Of a stretch of 64,000 nt of DNA, positions 25,045-36,429 are shown one piece after another. Origin of the DNA: Lingula anatina (taxonomy: Eukaryota > Animalia > Brachiopoda); NCBI GenBank assembly GCA_051362555.1, contig CM120647.1, forward strand, positions 496,001 to 560,000. The letters are read 5' to 3'. Below the pieces are notes generated by a model. The model was not told the origin of the DNA. It did not search any database and saw only the letters and a list, made by a program, of their open reading frames with translations. Each line of letters opens with the position of its first letter. Position 1 is the stretch's first letter. The translations under genes were made by a program, and so were the position numbers.

Positions 25045-28000
25045 TGTAGTGATCCGTTAATTAGAACTGAGTCTTCTAAATTTGCATACATCAGATATGT
25101 ATATATTTGTACGTTTTAATTATTCAAATATACTTAGACATGACATGTTGCATGGCAGTTTAAGAGAAGTTAATTTAAAATGCAAATCAAGATTTAATTT
25201 AAATGTATCTACAATTAAGTTAATGTACATAGGCATGGCATGTTTCATGACAGTTATGAAAACTAATTTGAAATGCAAATTAAGATAGAGTATAAAGGCA
25301 GTGACTGAGCACGGAGGACTTACAGACTGAGAGAGAGAGAGATAGTTATAGATACGGTAGAAGAGACCTGAGTCTTCAGGCACTTGAATAAACCATGTAA
25401 CAGAAAACAATTCTTGCCTGTCTCAGTTGTCTTATTGGTGAAAATGTAACTCTTAGAACAAGTGTATAACCACCGACTGGTTATTACAAATGGCGAGCTC
25501 GCCAGGACTATATGTGTAGTGATCCGTTAATTAGAACTGAGTCTTCTAAATTTGCATACATCAGATATGTATATATTTGTACGTTTTAATTATTCAAATA
25601 TACTTAGACATGACATGTTGCATGGCAGTTTAAGAGAAGTTAATTTAAAATGCAAATCAAGATTTAATTTAAATGTATCTACAATTAAGTTAATGTACAT
25701 AGGCATGGCATGTTTCATGACAGTTATGAAAACTAATTTGAAATGCAAATTAAGATAGAGTATAAAGGCAGTGACTGAGCACGGAGGACTTACAGACTGA
25801 GAGAGAGAGAGATAGTTATAGATACGGTAGAAGAGACCTGAGTCTTCAGGCACTTGAATAAACCATGTAACAGAAAACAATTCTTGCCTGTCTCAGTTGT
25901 CTTATTGGTGAAAATGTAACTCTTAGAACAAGTGTATAACCACCGACTGGTTATTACAAATGGCGAGCTCCCAGGTTTCACCTTAAGCAGCTGAGACAGA
26001 AAGGCAGTTTATAGTCAGGATGCTGTATGAAGACGAGGACCAGTATGAAGACCCAGACATCTACAGCAGGCTGTTAGATTGTCTGGGTGGAATCAGTAGT
26101 GTTCTGAAGACGCAGGAAACTAGCAAAGAAGATGCACTTTTATTGTCAAATTCCCTTGCAAATCTGTGGGAAGTTATGAAAAATGAAACAACAGAGTTTG
26201 ACAACAGAAACGAACTATCTTTCGAAGCAATAATACGTAGCATTCAGATGGAAGCGGGGCAGAGAAGCAAAATGGATGATGACAGCTGTGGTGAAGATAC
26301 CGTAACATGTAAAGAAGTTGGAGAGAGGATCCAGAGCAATGAGATTGTGATCAGCGGTGTTGCTAACAAATCTCCAAAAGATGAATTCCCTGGTGCCGAG
26401 ATGTTGCAGCTCCCCGATGGAGGCAACAATAATGTGGTCAGTGACGTTGCTGACGAAGCAAAATCTCCCGAATATGAGATTTTGAAACCCTTTATGACCA
26501 GTGGTGATTCTGATGTATTAAATTCCCCTGATGCAGAAATGTTGCTGTTCCCTGGTGAAGAGAGGTTGTCGCCCAGTGATGCCGAACTGTTGAAGTCTAC
26601 TGATGATAAGATGAAGTTTCCCTGTGAGAAGATGATGAAAACCCCTGATGTCGAAATGCTGCGTGTTGAAGAAATGGCCACCAATAAGACCAAACTGATC
26701 GAAAATGAGTGTTACCAGGAAGACAACGAAGAAAATGACGAACAAGCAAAGGAAAAGATTGAGCAAAAGAGATACTATGAGGACAATGACGGAAATGATG
26801 AACAAGTAATGGAAAAGGAAAAACTGCATGTTGGAGAAACGGACAATGATAAGGCCAAGCTGTTTGAAAATGTGTGTTACCATGAGGACAATGAAGAAAA
26901 TGACGAACAAGTGAAGGAAGAGAATGATCTGCGTACTGAGGAAAGGGACAATGATATGGTGAATTTGAATATACCTGCTTATTACAAGGATAAAGACAGA
27001 AATGAAAAACAAGGGAAGAAAACGAATGACTTGTTTGATGTTTTAGAAAGAACTGAAAAACCTCACTTGAAAGGTATAGAGAAATGGAGGTACCCACCTC
27101 ATTGCAAAATAAGGCATTTTTCTAATAAGTAAGTTGTCCATGAGTAATTTTTAATAATTATTTTTTCTTTTATTCAATGTATAAAAAAATGGAGGTATCA
27201 ACTTCACTGGATTTTTTTCAATAAGGCTACTAAATTGTCCTAAGATTGATTTTCATGAAATTTTCTGTTAATTTTTATATGTGGCACTTTCCTTTATTTG
27301 CATCCAATTTTTTTAAAATGCATGCACCAGTTTTTATGTTGTGAAATGTGTACTATCTATTGACTGATTTAAGTAAAAGATGTAAGGCAGTAAGATTTTT
27401 ATTTTTAAATATGTGTGTATGTCTATGCAAAGCTTAAGTATGTATAAAAGTCCTTAAATGCTTATGTGAAGCTATAGTTGTTTTATTATTGTTTAAATTG
27501 TTAAAAATTGGTTAAATTTGATTAGAAGGTGTTCATGTACTTTGTATTATAGCTTAACATTCTATTAATTACAGTGTATAAACAGGTGTCAGTGAAATAG
27601 GTTTTTTTAAAAAAATTAAGTTTCTTAATTTTTTTTCGGTAAAAAAGGGAGATATATGTGTAGTGATCCGTTAATTAGAACTGAGTCTTCTAAATTTGCA
27701 TACATCAGATATGTATATATTTGTACGTTTTAATTATTCAAATATACTTAGACATGACATGTTGCATGGCAGTTTAAGAGAAGTTAATTTAAAATGCAAA
27801 TCAAGATTTAATTTAAATGTATCTACAATTAAGTTAATGTACATAGGCATGGCATGTTTCATGACAGTTATGAAAACTAATTTGAAATGCAAATTAAGAT
27901 AGAGTATAAAGGCAGTGACTGAGCACGGAGGACTTACAGACTGAGAGAGAGAGAGATAGTTATAGATACGGTAGAAGAGACCTGAGTCTTCAGGCACTTG

Positions 28001-28102
28001 AATAAACCATGTAACAGAAAACAATTCTTGCCTGTCTCAGTTGTCTTATTGGTGAAAATGTAACTCTTAGAACAAGTGTATAACCACCGACTGGTTATTA
28101 CA
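25045..28102 (+). mobile_element. Young non-autonomous LTR retroelement with three 444-bp LTRs
   Basis: LTRs TGTAGT...TTACA at 25045-25488, 25515-25958 and 27659-28102, apparently identical. CTGT target-site duplication. PBS TGGCGAGCTC after LTR1 and LTR2. PPT AAAAAAGGGAGA before LTR3. Confidence 0.93.
26020..27132 (+). CDS. Orphan acidic 370-aa ORF inside the non-autonomous LTR element
   Basis: Intact ORF starting about 45 bp after the PBS. D/E/K/N-rich with internal repeats (ENECYQEDNEENDEQ / ENVCYHEDNEENDEQ). No gag, pol or env motifs recognised. Confidence 0.55.
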   Translation: MLYEDEDQYEDPDIYSRLLDCLGGISSVLKTQETSKEDALLLSNSLANLWEVMKNETTEFDNRNELSFEAIIRSIQMEAGQRSKMDDDSCGEDTVTCKEVGERIQSNEIVISGVANKSPKDEFPGAEMLQLPDGGNNNVVSDVADEAKSPEYEILKPFMTSGDSDVLNSPDAEMLLFPGEERLSPSDAELLKSTDDKMKFPCEKMMKTPDVEMLRVEEMATNKTKLIENECYQEDNEENDEQAKEKIEQKRYYEDNDGNDEQVMEKEKLHVGETDNDKAKLFENVCYHEDNEENDEQVKEENDLRTEERDNDMVNLNIPAYYKDKDRNEKQGKKTNDLFDVLERTEKPHLKGIEKWRYPPHCKIRHFSNK

Positions 28103-30645
28103 CTGTGTGTATATTTCTCTTTTAAAATCTTTTTTGAAGGTACTGTAGGTACGTAATTTTTACCCTCCGTGTTCAGGGATGCTAGGTGAGCTTTAAAGGC
28201 CGAACTATAAGAGATTTGGATAAGCGGTTTTATTATGGAAGAGAGTGCGGTCATGGATATTTTAAAAGGGTCCTCCCAAATGTCAGGGCGTCCAATGAGC
28301 GCCAGTGTATTTTTAATGCCAGTTGACCAGGTTGAGGTGTTAAGTCTGTTTAAATTTTCATTTTCGTGAAGTGCATGAGTAACTAAGGAGGTGGTGTCAT
28401 GGTGCTTTTTATATTGGAGGCTGTGCCAGTATTTGAGGGCCAGTGTGTAGGCAGTGGTCAGTATTGGGAAGCTGCCCAGTTCTCCGCGGACAGCATGTGA
28501 GGGAGATTTTCGGTTAACACCTAGGATAGTTTTGCAGGCCTTGAGATGTAAGGTTTCAATGGAAAGTTTGTCACAAATTAGGAAGTAGCTGTCTTTACTT
28601 GAGTTTTTGACAAAGTATGGTGCCCAAACTTCAGAGCCATAGGTAAGAATGGGAGCTATGAGTGAGTCAAAAAGTTTCATGGAAATGGATATGAAAAAAG
28701 CACAAGCATATCAAACTGATACAATTCGTTGAGTGATTTGCTTCGTGATGTGATTTATTTCGAAGGCATCAACACTGGCGACGAGGATTAACACTAGTGC
28801 AAAACTGTGAGCCAACTTTCTTTGAAAAAATGGAGGAAAAATGTGAAATTATGGAATTCGAACCATACAGAAGTCCGGAGACATTAGGGTCACGCTCGCC
28901 GCGATGGCTAGACAGTTTTAACCTCTTCGCTGACGGAAAAGATTGATCTTTTCAAATCCAACGGATGGCATGAATAATGAACAAAGATAGAAAATTAAAA
29001 ATACATGACAGAGGAGACGCGCGCTTATGTTGTATTCAGCAGGGACAGGTGAACAAGATATTTTCAGGACTCTCCCAAACACAGGTTAGAAACATGAATA
29101 TACATAAGACAGTTAACGCTTTGAATGAAATTGGAACACCAGAAACTGTGAGTATGATGAAACCGAAGTCATTTGACAAACCAAGCCAGTCTAAACATTA
29201 CGAGTTTAGACATGAAAAACGAAGTAGAAACTCCCTGACTGAGAAAACATGGAACGTTGGATCACTTTGCAAAAGTCTGCAAAACTGAAACTATTATTCA
29301 TGTAAATGACAGCTTTGAACATGATAATCCAGGAGTGCATATACATTTGGTGTGGGAACCAATGCAATATACACAGAAGACATGGAGGAAATAGAGGAGG
29401 TGTTAATCTCAGTGTATTACCAGATTCAGGTGCATATTGTAATATCATTGATGAAAATACATGGATTTTGACTTGACATTTGAATGAACTGTTGTTAACT
29501 TGGTAGAGTTACTTGTTCCATTGTTGATTCCTTTAATAATTATAAGCTTGTCAAGGAGTATCAAGGAGTATCATTTCTTAGTGTTATGGATTTGAAAAAA
29601 AGCGCAAGCATTGCAAACTGGTTCAATTCATTGAGTGATTTGATTCGTGATGTGATTAAATTCAAAAGCATTGATACTGGGGTTTGTTTTTGTGCACATG
29701 TAATTCTCTTTTAATTGTACATCTATATCTGTGCTGGAGTATACATATTTTTTTTTTCAGAATTTACATGTATGTACAGTACTGTAGCCAGCATGCAAGT
29801 TGAATTGAAACAGTTACTGCATGGTTATTTATAATTTTGTTATAACATTCCATCATCTAAAAAACAATGTTTTTTCATTCATTATTCAAGATTTATTCAT
29901 TACAAAACTATATTCATTAGTGATTATTATTATTAATGATATGTTTGAATTAGTTTAAAAATGACAATGTATAATATTATTTAGGTTGAGGTGTGCAAAA
30001 ATATCTCCCCCTCAAACCCCTCCCCTCCCCTGTACATGCATAATTAATTACAATTTTTGTAATTTGTGTTAATTCAGATTCGATGAGCAGCTTTGTGTTG
30101 AAAAAAAATTGTTGTTATAACTGTTTTCTTTACATGTATGTAAGTGCCATTTCCTCCTGTTAAGTGTCTGTATATTTGCCTTTTTGCAGTGTAGTTTTTT
30201 TTTTCAAACATACATTGTTTTGTACAAAAAGACAAGGAGTGGCCCTTAATTTGTTACATGTTAGTTGCCAGCAAGGTTATATAATGTGTAATAATTTTGT
30301 TTAGGGTTTTAGCACAGAATAAATACTTGAATCTTGAATCTTGTATGTCTTTTAATATAGTAATCTTATTGAATAATTAAAAATAATTTAAAAAAAGAAA
30401 AAAAAAAAAACAATCTGGGCCATATGTGGTCCATGTCCGGCCCTAATCTGGCCCACTTCTGGTCCACATCCGGCATGCCATACCTTTGCCAGATATTGCC
30501 AGATCTGGGCCGACATCTGGCCACATGAGCAAATGTGATATAATAAAAAAAAAACAATCTGGGCCATATGTGGTCCATGTCTGGCCCTAATCTGGCCCAT
30601 TTGAATATGATCTGGCCCACATCTGGTCCACATCTGGCATGCCAT

Positions 30646-33620
30646 CCCAGACAGCCTCAGTGATCTGGCCCACGTCTGGCCCAGATCTGGCAACGTCTGG
30701 CAATGTCTGGCAAAAGGTATGGCTTGCCACATGTGGGCCAGATGTGGCAATGTCTGGGCCAGATCTGGCCCAGACATTGCCACATCTGGCCCAGTCCACA
30801 TTTGCTCATATGGCCAGATGTCGGCCCAGATCTGGCAATATCTGGCAAATGTATGGCATGCCAGATGTGGGCCAGATATGGGCCAGATCATATTCAAATG
30901 GGCCAGATTAGGGCCAGACATGGACCACATATGGCCCAGATTGTTTTTTTTTATTATTTCACATTTGCTCATGTGGCCAGATCTGGCCCAGATCTGGCAA
31001 TATCTGGCAAAGGTATGGCATGCCGGATGTGGGCCAGATTAGGGCCGGACATGGACCACATATGGCCCAGATTGTTTTTTTTTTTTTTCTTTTTTTAATT
31101 ATTTTTAATTATTCAATAAGATAACTATAAAAAAAGACATACAAGATTCAAGATTCAAGTATTTATTCTGTGCTAAAAGCCTAAACAAAATTATTACACA
31201 TTATATAACCTTGCTGGCAACTAACATGCAACAAATTAAGGGCCACTCCTTGTCTTTTTGTACAAAACAATTTGTATGTTGCAAAAAGGCAAATATACAG
31301 ACACTTAACAGGAGGAAATGTCACTTACATACATGTAAAGAAAACAGTTATAACAACAATTTTTTTTTCAACACAAAGCTGCTCATCGAATCTGAATTAA
31401 CACAAATTACAAAAATTGTAATTAATTATGCATGTACATGGGGGGGGGGGGGGGGATTTGAGGGGGAAATATTTTTGCACACCTCAACCTAAATAATATT
31501 ATACATTGTCATTTTTAAACTAATTCAAACATATCATTAATAATAATAATCACTAATGAATATAGTTTTGTAATGAATAAATCTTGAATAATGAATGAAA
31601 AAACATTCTTTTTTAGATGATGGAGAGTTATAACAAAATTATAAATAACCATGCAGTAACTGTTTCAATTCAACTTGCATGCTGGCTACAGTACTGTACA
31701 TACATGTAAATTCTGAAAAAAAAATATGTATACTCCAGCACAGATATAGATGTACAATTAAAAGAGAATTACATGTGCACAAAAACAAACCCCAGTATCA
31801 ATGCTTTTGAATTAAATCACATCACGAATCAAATCACTCAATGAATTGAACCAGTTTGCAATGCTTGCGCTTTTTTCAAATCCATAACACTAAGAAATGA
31901 TACACCCGCCTCCTTGACAAGCTTATAATTATTAAAGGAATCAACAATGGAACAAGTAACTCTACCAAGTTAACAAAAGTTCATTCAAATGTCAAGTCCA
32001 AACACAACATCCCTTCCTTTCTTGGAGAGAAACGGTCCTTTCAAAACATGTTAATTGACAGTTCAGTCTTTAAAATGTCTTTTCAAACATTTGCAGAATA
32101 GCATATGAACTCCAACTTTTATTCCTTAAACCACACTGAAAATTCTCAAAACTAATCAACTCATATCAAATCCCATGTCCTTTCACTACTACTGGTCTCT
32201 TCCTTTGCTTGCCTTTACGTCATATTCAAATGTTCCCTTCACTTTTAAAGGTTTCTCAGACGTGTACATGAATAATACTGTTTGTTTTCTGGTCCTCCAC
32301 AAGAGCCACATTTATTTTTCTTGGATTTCAGCATTCTCCATGTATTGTCATCAATGATATTACAATATGCACCTGAATCTGGTAATACACTGAGATTAAC
32401 ACCTCCTCTATTTCCTCCATGTCTTCTGTGCATTGGTTCCCACACCAAATGTATATGCACTCCTGGATTTTCATGTTCAAAGCTGTCATTTACATGAATA
32501 ATAGTTTCAGTTTTGCAGAGTTTTGCAAAGTGATCCAACGTTCCATGTTTTCTCAGTCAGGGAGTTTCTACTTCGTTTTTCATGTCTAAACTCGTAATGT
32601 TTAGACTGGCTTGGTTTGTCAAATGACTTCAGTTTCATCATACTCAGTTTCTGGTGTTCCAATTTCATTCAAAGCGTTAACTGTCTTATGTATATTCATG
32701 TTTCTAACCTGTGTTTGGGAGAGTCCTGAAAATATCTTGTAAGTTGTACACCTGTCCCTGCTGAATACAACATAAGCGCGCGTCTCCTTTGTCATGTATT
32801 TTTAATTTTCTATCTTTGTTCATTATTCATGCCGTTCGTTGGTTTTGAAAAGATCAATCTTTTTCCGTCAGCGAAAAGTTTAAACTGTCTAGCCATCGCG
32901 TCGAGCGTGACCCAATGTCTCCGGACTTCTGTACGGTTCGAATTCCGTAATTTCACATTTTTTCTCCATTTTTTTCAAAGAAACTTGACTCACAGTTTTG
33001 CACTAGTGTTTATCCTCGTCGCCAGTGTTGATGCCTTCGAAATAAATCGCACCACGAATCAAATCACTCAACGAAATTGTATCAGTTTGATACGCTTGTG
33101 CTTTTTTCACATCCATAACTCTAAGAAACGCTACATCCGGGTCCTTGACCGGCTTAGCATAAAAAGCGGAATCTTACAACAGCGGAACGAGTAGTCCAAA
33201 AAAGTTTTAGATCAGTGAATTCATTCAAATGTCAAGTCAAATTAAACAAATAGCACACTTATGAGGGGACTTTGAAGAAAAAAGAGAGAGATAAATTAAA
33301 TCAAAATTTATCAAATGACGTCAGTTCAATGCATTCAGCTCACTGGTCAATAAAAATAAATAAATAGAAAATAAAAATTGAAAATGAAAGTACCATATCT
33401 GGCCCAAGTCTGGGCAGCATCTGGCAAAATGTGGCGTAAATGCCAGACTTTGCCAGACTTGGCCCAGATCTGGCAAGTGTCTGGCAAAATGTGGCATAAA
33501 TGCCAGACTTTGCCAGACTTGGCCCAGATCTGGCAAGTGTCTGGCAAAATCTGGCCCAGATATTGCCAGACGTTGCCAGATCTGGGCCAGACGTGGGCCA
33601 GATTACTGAGGCTGTCTGGG
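30646..33620 (+). mobile_element. EnSpm/CACTA-like non-autonomous DNA transposon, copy Y, complete (about 3.0 kb)
   Basis: TIRs CCCAGACAGCCTCAGT...ACTGAGGCTGTCTGGG with subterminal repeat arrays at both ends. Confidence 0.75.
32245..32950 (-). pseudogene. Decayed Ty3/gypsy-like gag-protease fragment carried inside the EnSpm-like element (mirrored at about 28860-29460 on +)
   Basis: DHFAKLCK (zinc-knuckle remnant) and VLPDSGAYCNIID (retropepsin DSG motif), with stops and frameshifts. Confidence 0.55.
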
Positions 33621-36429
33621 TATGTACTTGATATATATATCGATTCCTACTATTTTGGTGGTGAAAAAGTCATTTTTGATATTGTTTTGGTGATATAAGG
33701 TGATTTGAAAGGACAAAGGGGGTGTTTTAAGTGCCTACCAAGATATGTGTGAACGCTGCAGAACCATGGATATTGATAACCCGTATTCAAATATATTTCA
33801 ATGCAATTTTTTGTTATATACCATCGATATTGGACCATATTATGAGCAAAAGAAACTCATTTTTATCATTATGGTAGCCCTTGGTGGCCGTTTTAGCCCT
33901 CAAATCCAAGATGGCCGCCAAAAACCATTTTGAAATTGCGCATAATTCCCTATTTTGAAACTATATGTATTACATTTTGTAAATGAGTAACACGTCGTTT
34001 TATATTATTTTCTGGTGCAGAATACATTATATTTCATAAAATGTGTGCCTCAAATCCAAGATGGCCGCCATCCGCCGTTTTGAAATTGGGCATTATTCAC
34101 CATTTTGAATCTCTCAAACCTTCATAAGCGTGCCATACGTCATTTTTTATTATTTCCTGGTGCAGAATACATTTTCGGTTTCATAAAATGTAAATAGAAA
34201 CTTTTATAAGCCTCCAAATAAATGTAGGATTCAGTTGTCACATGGGCCTGCAGTTTTTATATACAATTAGTAGTCTAATTAGTACAAAACTATGTTCTTT
34301 ATCATATTTTAAGGATTTTGCCCGATCTATAAAACAAGTGTCAGCAAATAAAATAGCTGAATTTAAGCAAAAGAATACATCCTTGACCGCATGAGGAAAA
34401 ATTGTTAGCCATTATTTTAATCAAAACCAAGTGTTGGTTGCATGCCACTATTTTAATTATTTGGTGTAATTTATAATCTTTAAACTGTGGGATCCTAATA
34501 CTCTTTTATTAGGTAAAATGGTACTATTTTGGGGGCTCAAAAGTAATTTTCTGATGCTAATTTGGTGACGGAAGATAATAAAAAGGTCATATAAGGTTGT
34601 AAAATAAATTCCAAGATGAGTTTCCTTGAGTAGCCTATATGACAAAAATGTGGAACCTGGACCACATGCTCAAATATATCATCTAGATTTATCTTAAGTG
34701 ACCATCCACTAAAAGATATTGAATAATTTAAAGGTAAGCAATAAACATACATACATAGTTGCATTACATTATTAATCTTTTACTGGTCAATGTGAACCAA
34801 AAAGCCAGATGTACATTTATGTCCCAGTCACCGGTGCTTGCATTTGCATGTTAAATATAGTCCAGAAGATTTGAAGGGCGAAAAATGTGTCGTCTTATAA
34901 TACTATGGAACCTGGTTAGTTGTGTTGAAGCGTAAATGCCCGTGAAAGACAAGCAAATGGACTTTGCTTTGAAAGAGCTCCAGAATTTGTCTGAAAAATC
35001 ATCCAGCATCACTGTAACAGTAACTACGCATGCGCTTCTCTTGTATATTGGATCCGATAGTGCTGCCACGTAGTGTCACTTAGCTTTTACTTGACGGCGG
35101 CACGCGTCCGACGTTCTTAGAAGGTTTAGGCCCCAAACGAGGTAAATCAAGATTTAATCTTTCATTATATTATTACTTTTATTAGAAATCAAAACTTTGA
35201 AGTTATCGTCTCGATTTACAAGTTGTTTATCACTCAATTTCAGAATTATTGTTAGTTTAAGAATTAAGTTTCCATGTCAGCGTATGTGTTCGTAGGACTA
35301 CATGTATGTTTTATGTTTATTTTAGTTCCACGGGAATAATATTTCGTCGGAACCGAATGGGAATAAAGATTTTACCACCAACTTGATACAGTTTTTATTA
35401 TTTATTTATTTAAAGACGCGTGCTGCTACAGTGGAACTCGTTGTGGAACTCGTAGTGGAACTCGTAGCATGGAGATCGATACAGAGATTATTGCAGACGA
35501 TGTGGGTGGTGCGGGAAATTTAGAGAGAACTGGAATTGTAGGAGAGATTTGTTAATATAATATTGGACAAAATGACATTTAATTTGTGAATCATCGACCT
35601 TGTATATTTTGAAACATTTCCAAGCTTGATGTGGACGACTGATATGAGAAACTTTTGTTGATTCCCGCCTTGGAAGATGCGAGATTTCCCGCCCTTTGAT
35701 GACGCTATGTTCCCGCCTTTGGTAGTGACAAGTTTTCCAGCCTATCACGATGTGTGCCTTTGGTCACGTGACTGGTTTCCCGCCTCTGATCCAGTGACAG
35801 TTCTGCCTACGTAAATTTGTATCACTTTACTACATTTATGGACTCACGTAATACAATGTATCAATTTATGACTTGAACATTGAAACAAATATTGGACAAT
35901 TTATTATTTAGATAAAGTGATAGCGTCAATTCATTTGTTTATGTAAACAAACTAGTAGACATTTAAAGTACTTTTGAACAATTGAAAACAGTAACACAGT
36001 GTCAGTTGAATGTTTTTTGCCTGAATGTTTAATTGAGTACGGCAGAGGACAATACAGGAACACTATGCTAGCACACCACAGCATACACAGCTGATTGCTT
36101 TGAATATCTTGCATTAATTTGATCAAGTTTACGTTGTTGTTTTTACTGTTTAGCTATCTTTAATTTGTGTATTCATTTTTACAGCACCAGATTTACATAG
36201 AGCAGATCAGTTATCTACATTGAGCAGTGGTGGCTTGTCAGGCACAGCACATACATGGTAGCGGCAGGTAGAAAGCATGGGAATTTTTAATTTTTTTATG
36301 CCCACCCTGGAAAGGGGGCATATACATGTATAGCGTTCCTTATGACATTTGTCTGTTCACACCGTGATTCATTCCATTGTCTAGCCTGCTTGGTTCTATA
36401 GTCTTGAATCTTTGTTTAAATAAGAAGGT

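Larger units (their letters stand above)
24402..28684 (-). mobile_element. 5'-truncated, decayed non-LTR retrotransposon (RTEX-like ORF2 C-terminus), split by the LTR element
   Basis: KLFDSLIAPILTYGSEVW...KTILGV...AVRGELG (28680-28103) continues as CKFRISAHNLAIEKGRH...CTVC...EDEFHFM (about 25040-24675). 3' end AATAAACTTCTGATCTGT. Flanking ATGGA duplication at 24397-24401 and 28685-28689. Confidence 0.8.
23686..30645. mobile_element. EnSpm/CACTA (CMC)-like non-autonomous DNA transposon, copy X, internally inverted and carrying nested LINE and LTR insertions
   Basis: Termini CCCAGACAGCCTCAGT at 23686 and 23906, with dense subterminal TCTGGC/GCCAGA repeats. 23906-24401 plus 28685-30645 is the reverse complement of most of 30855-33620. 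Confidence 0.7.

Noticed and set aside
25082-28024. Three identical 68-aa and 96-aa ORFs
   Set aside because: They lie within the three LTR copies; identity reflects LTR identity, not coding function.
27934-28680. 248-aa ORF as an intact gene
   Set aside because: Chimeric: a LINE ORF2 fragment reading into the antisense LTR after 28102.
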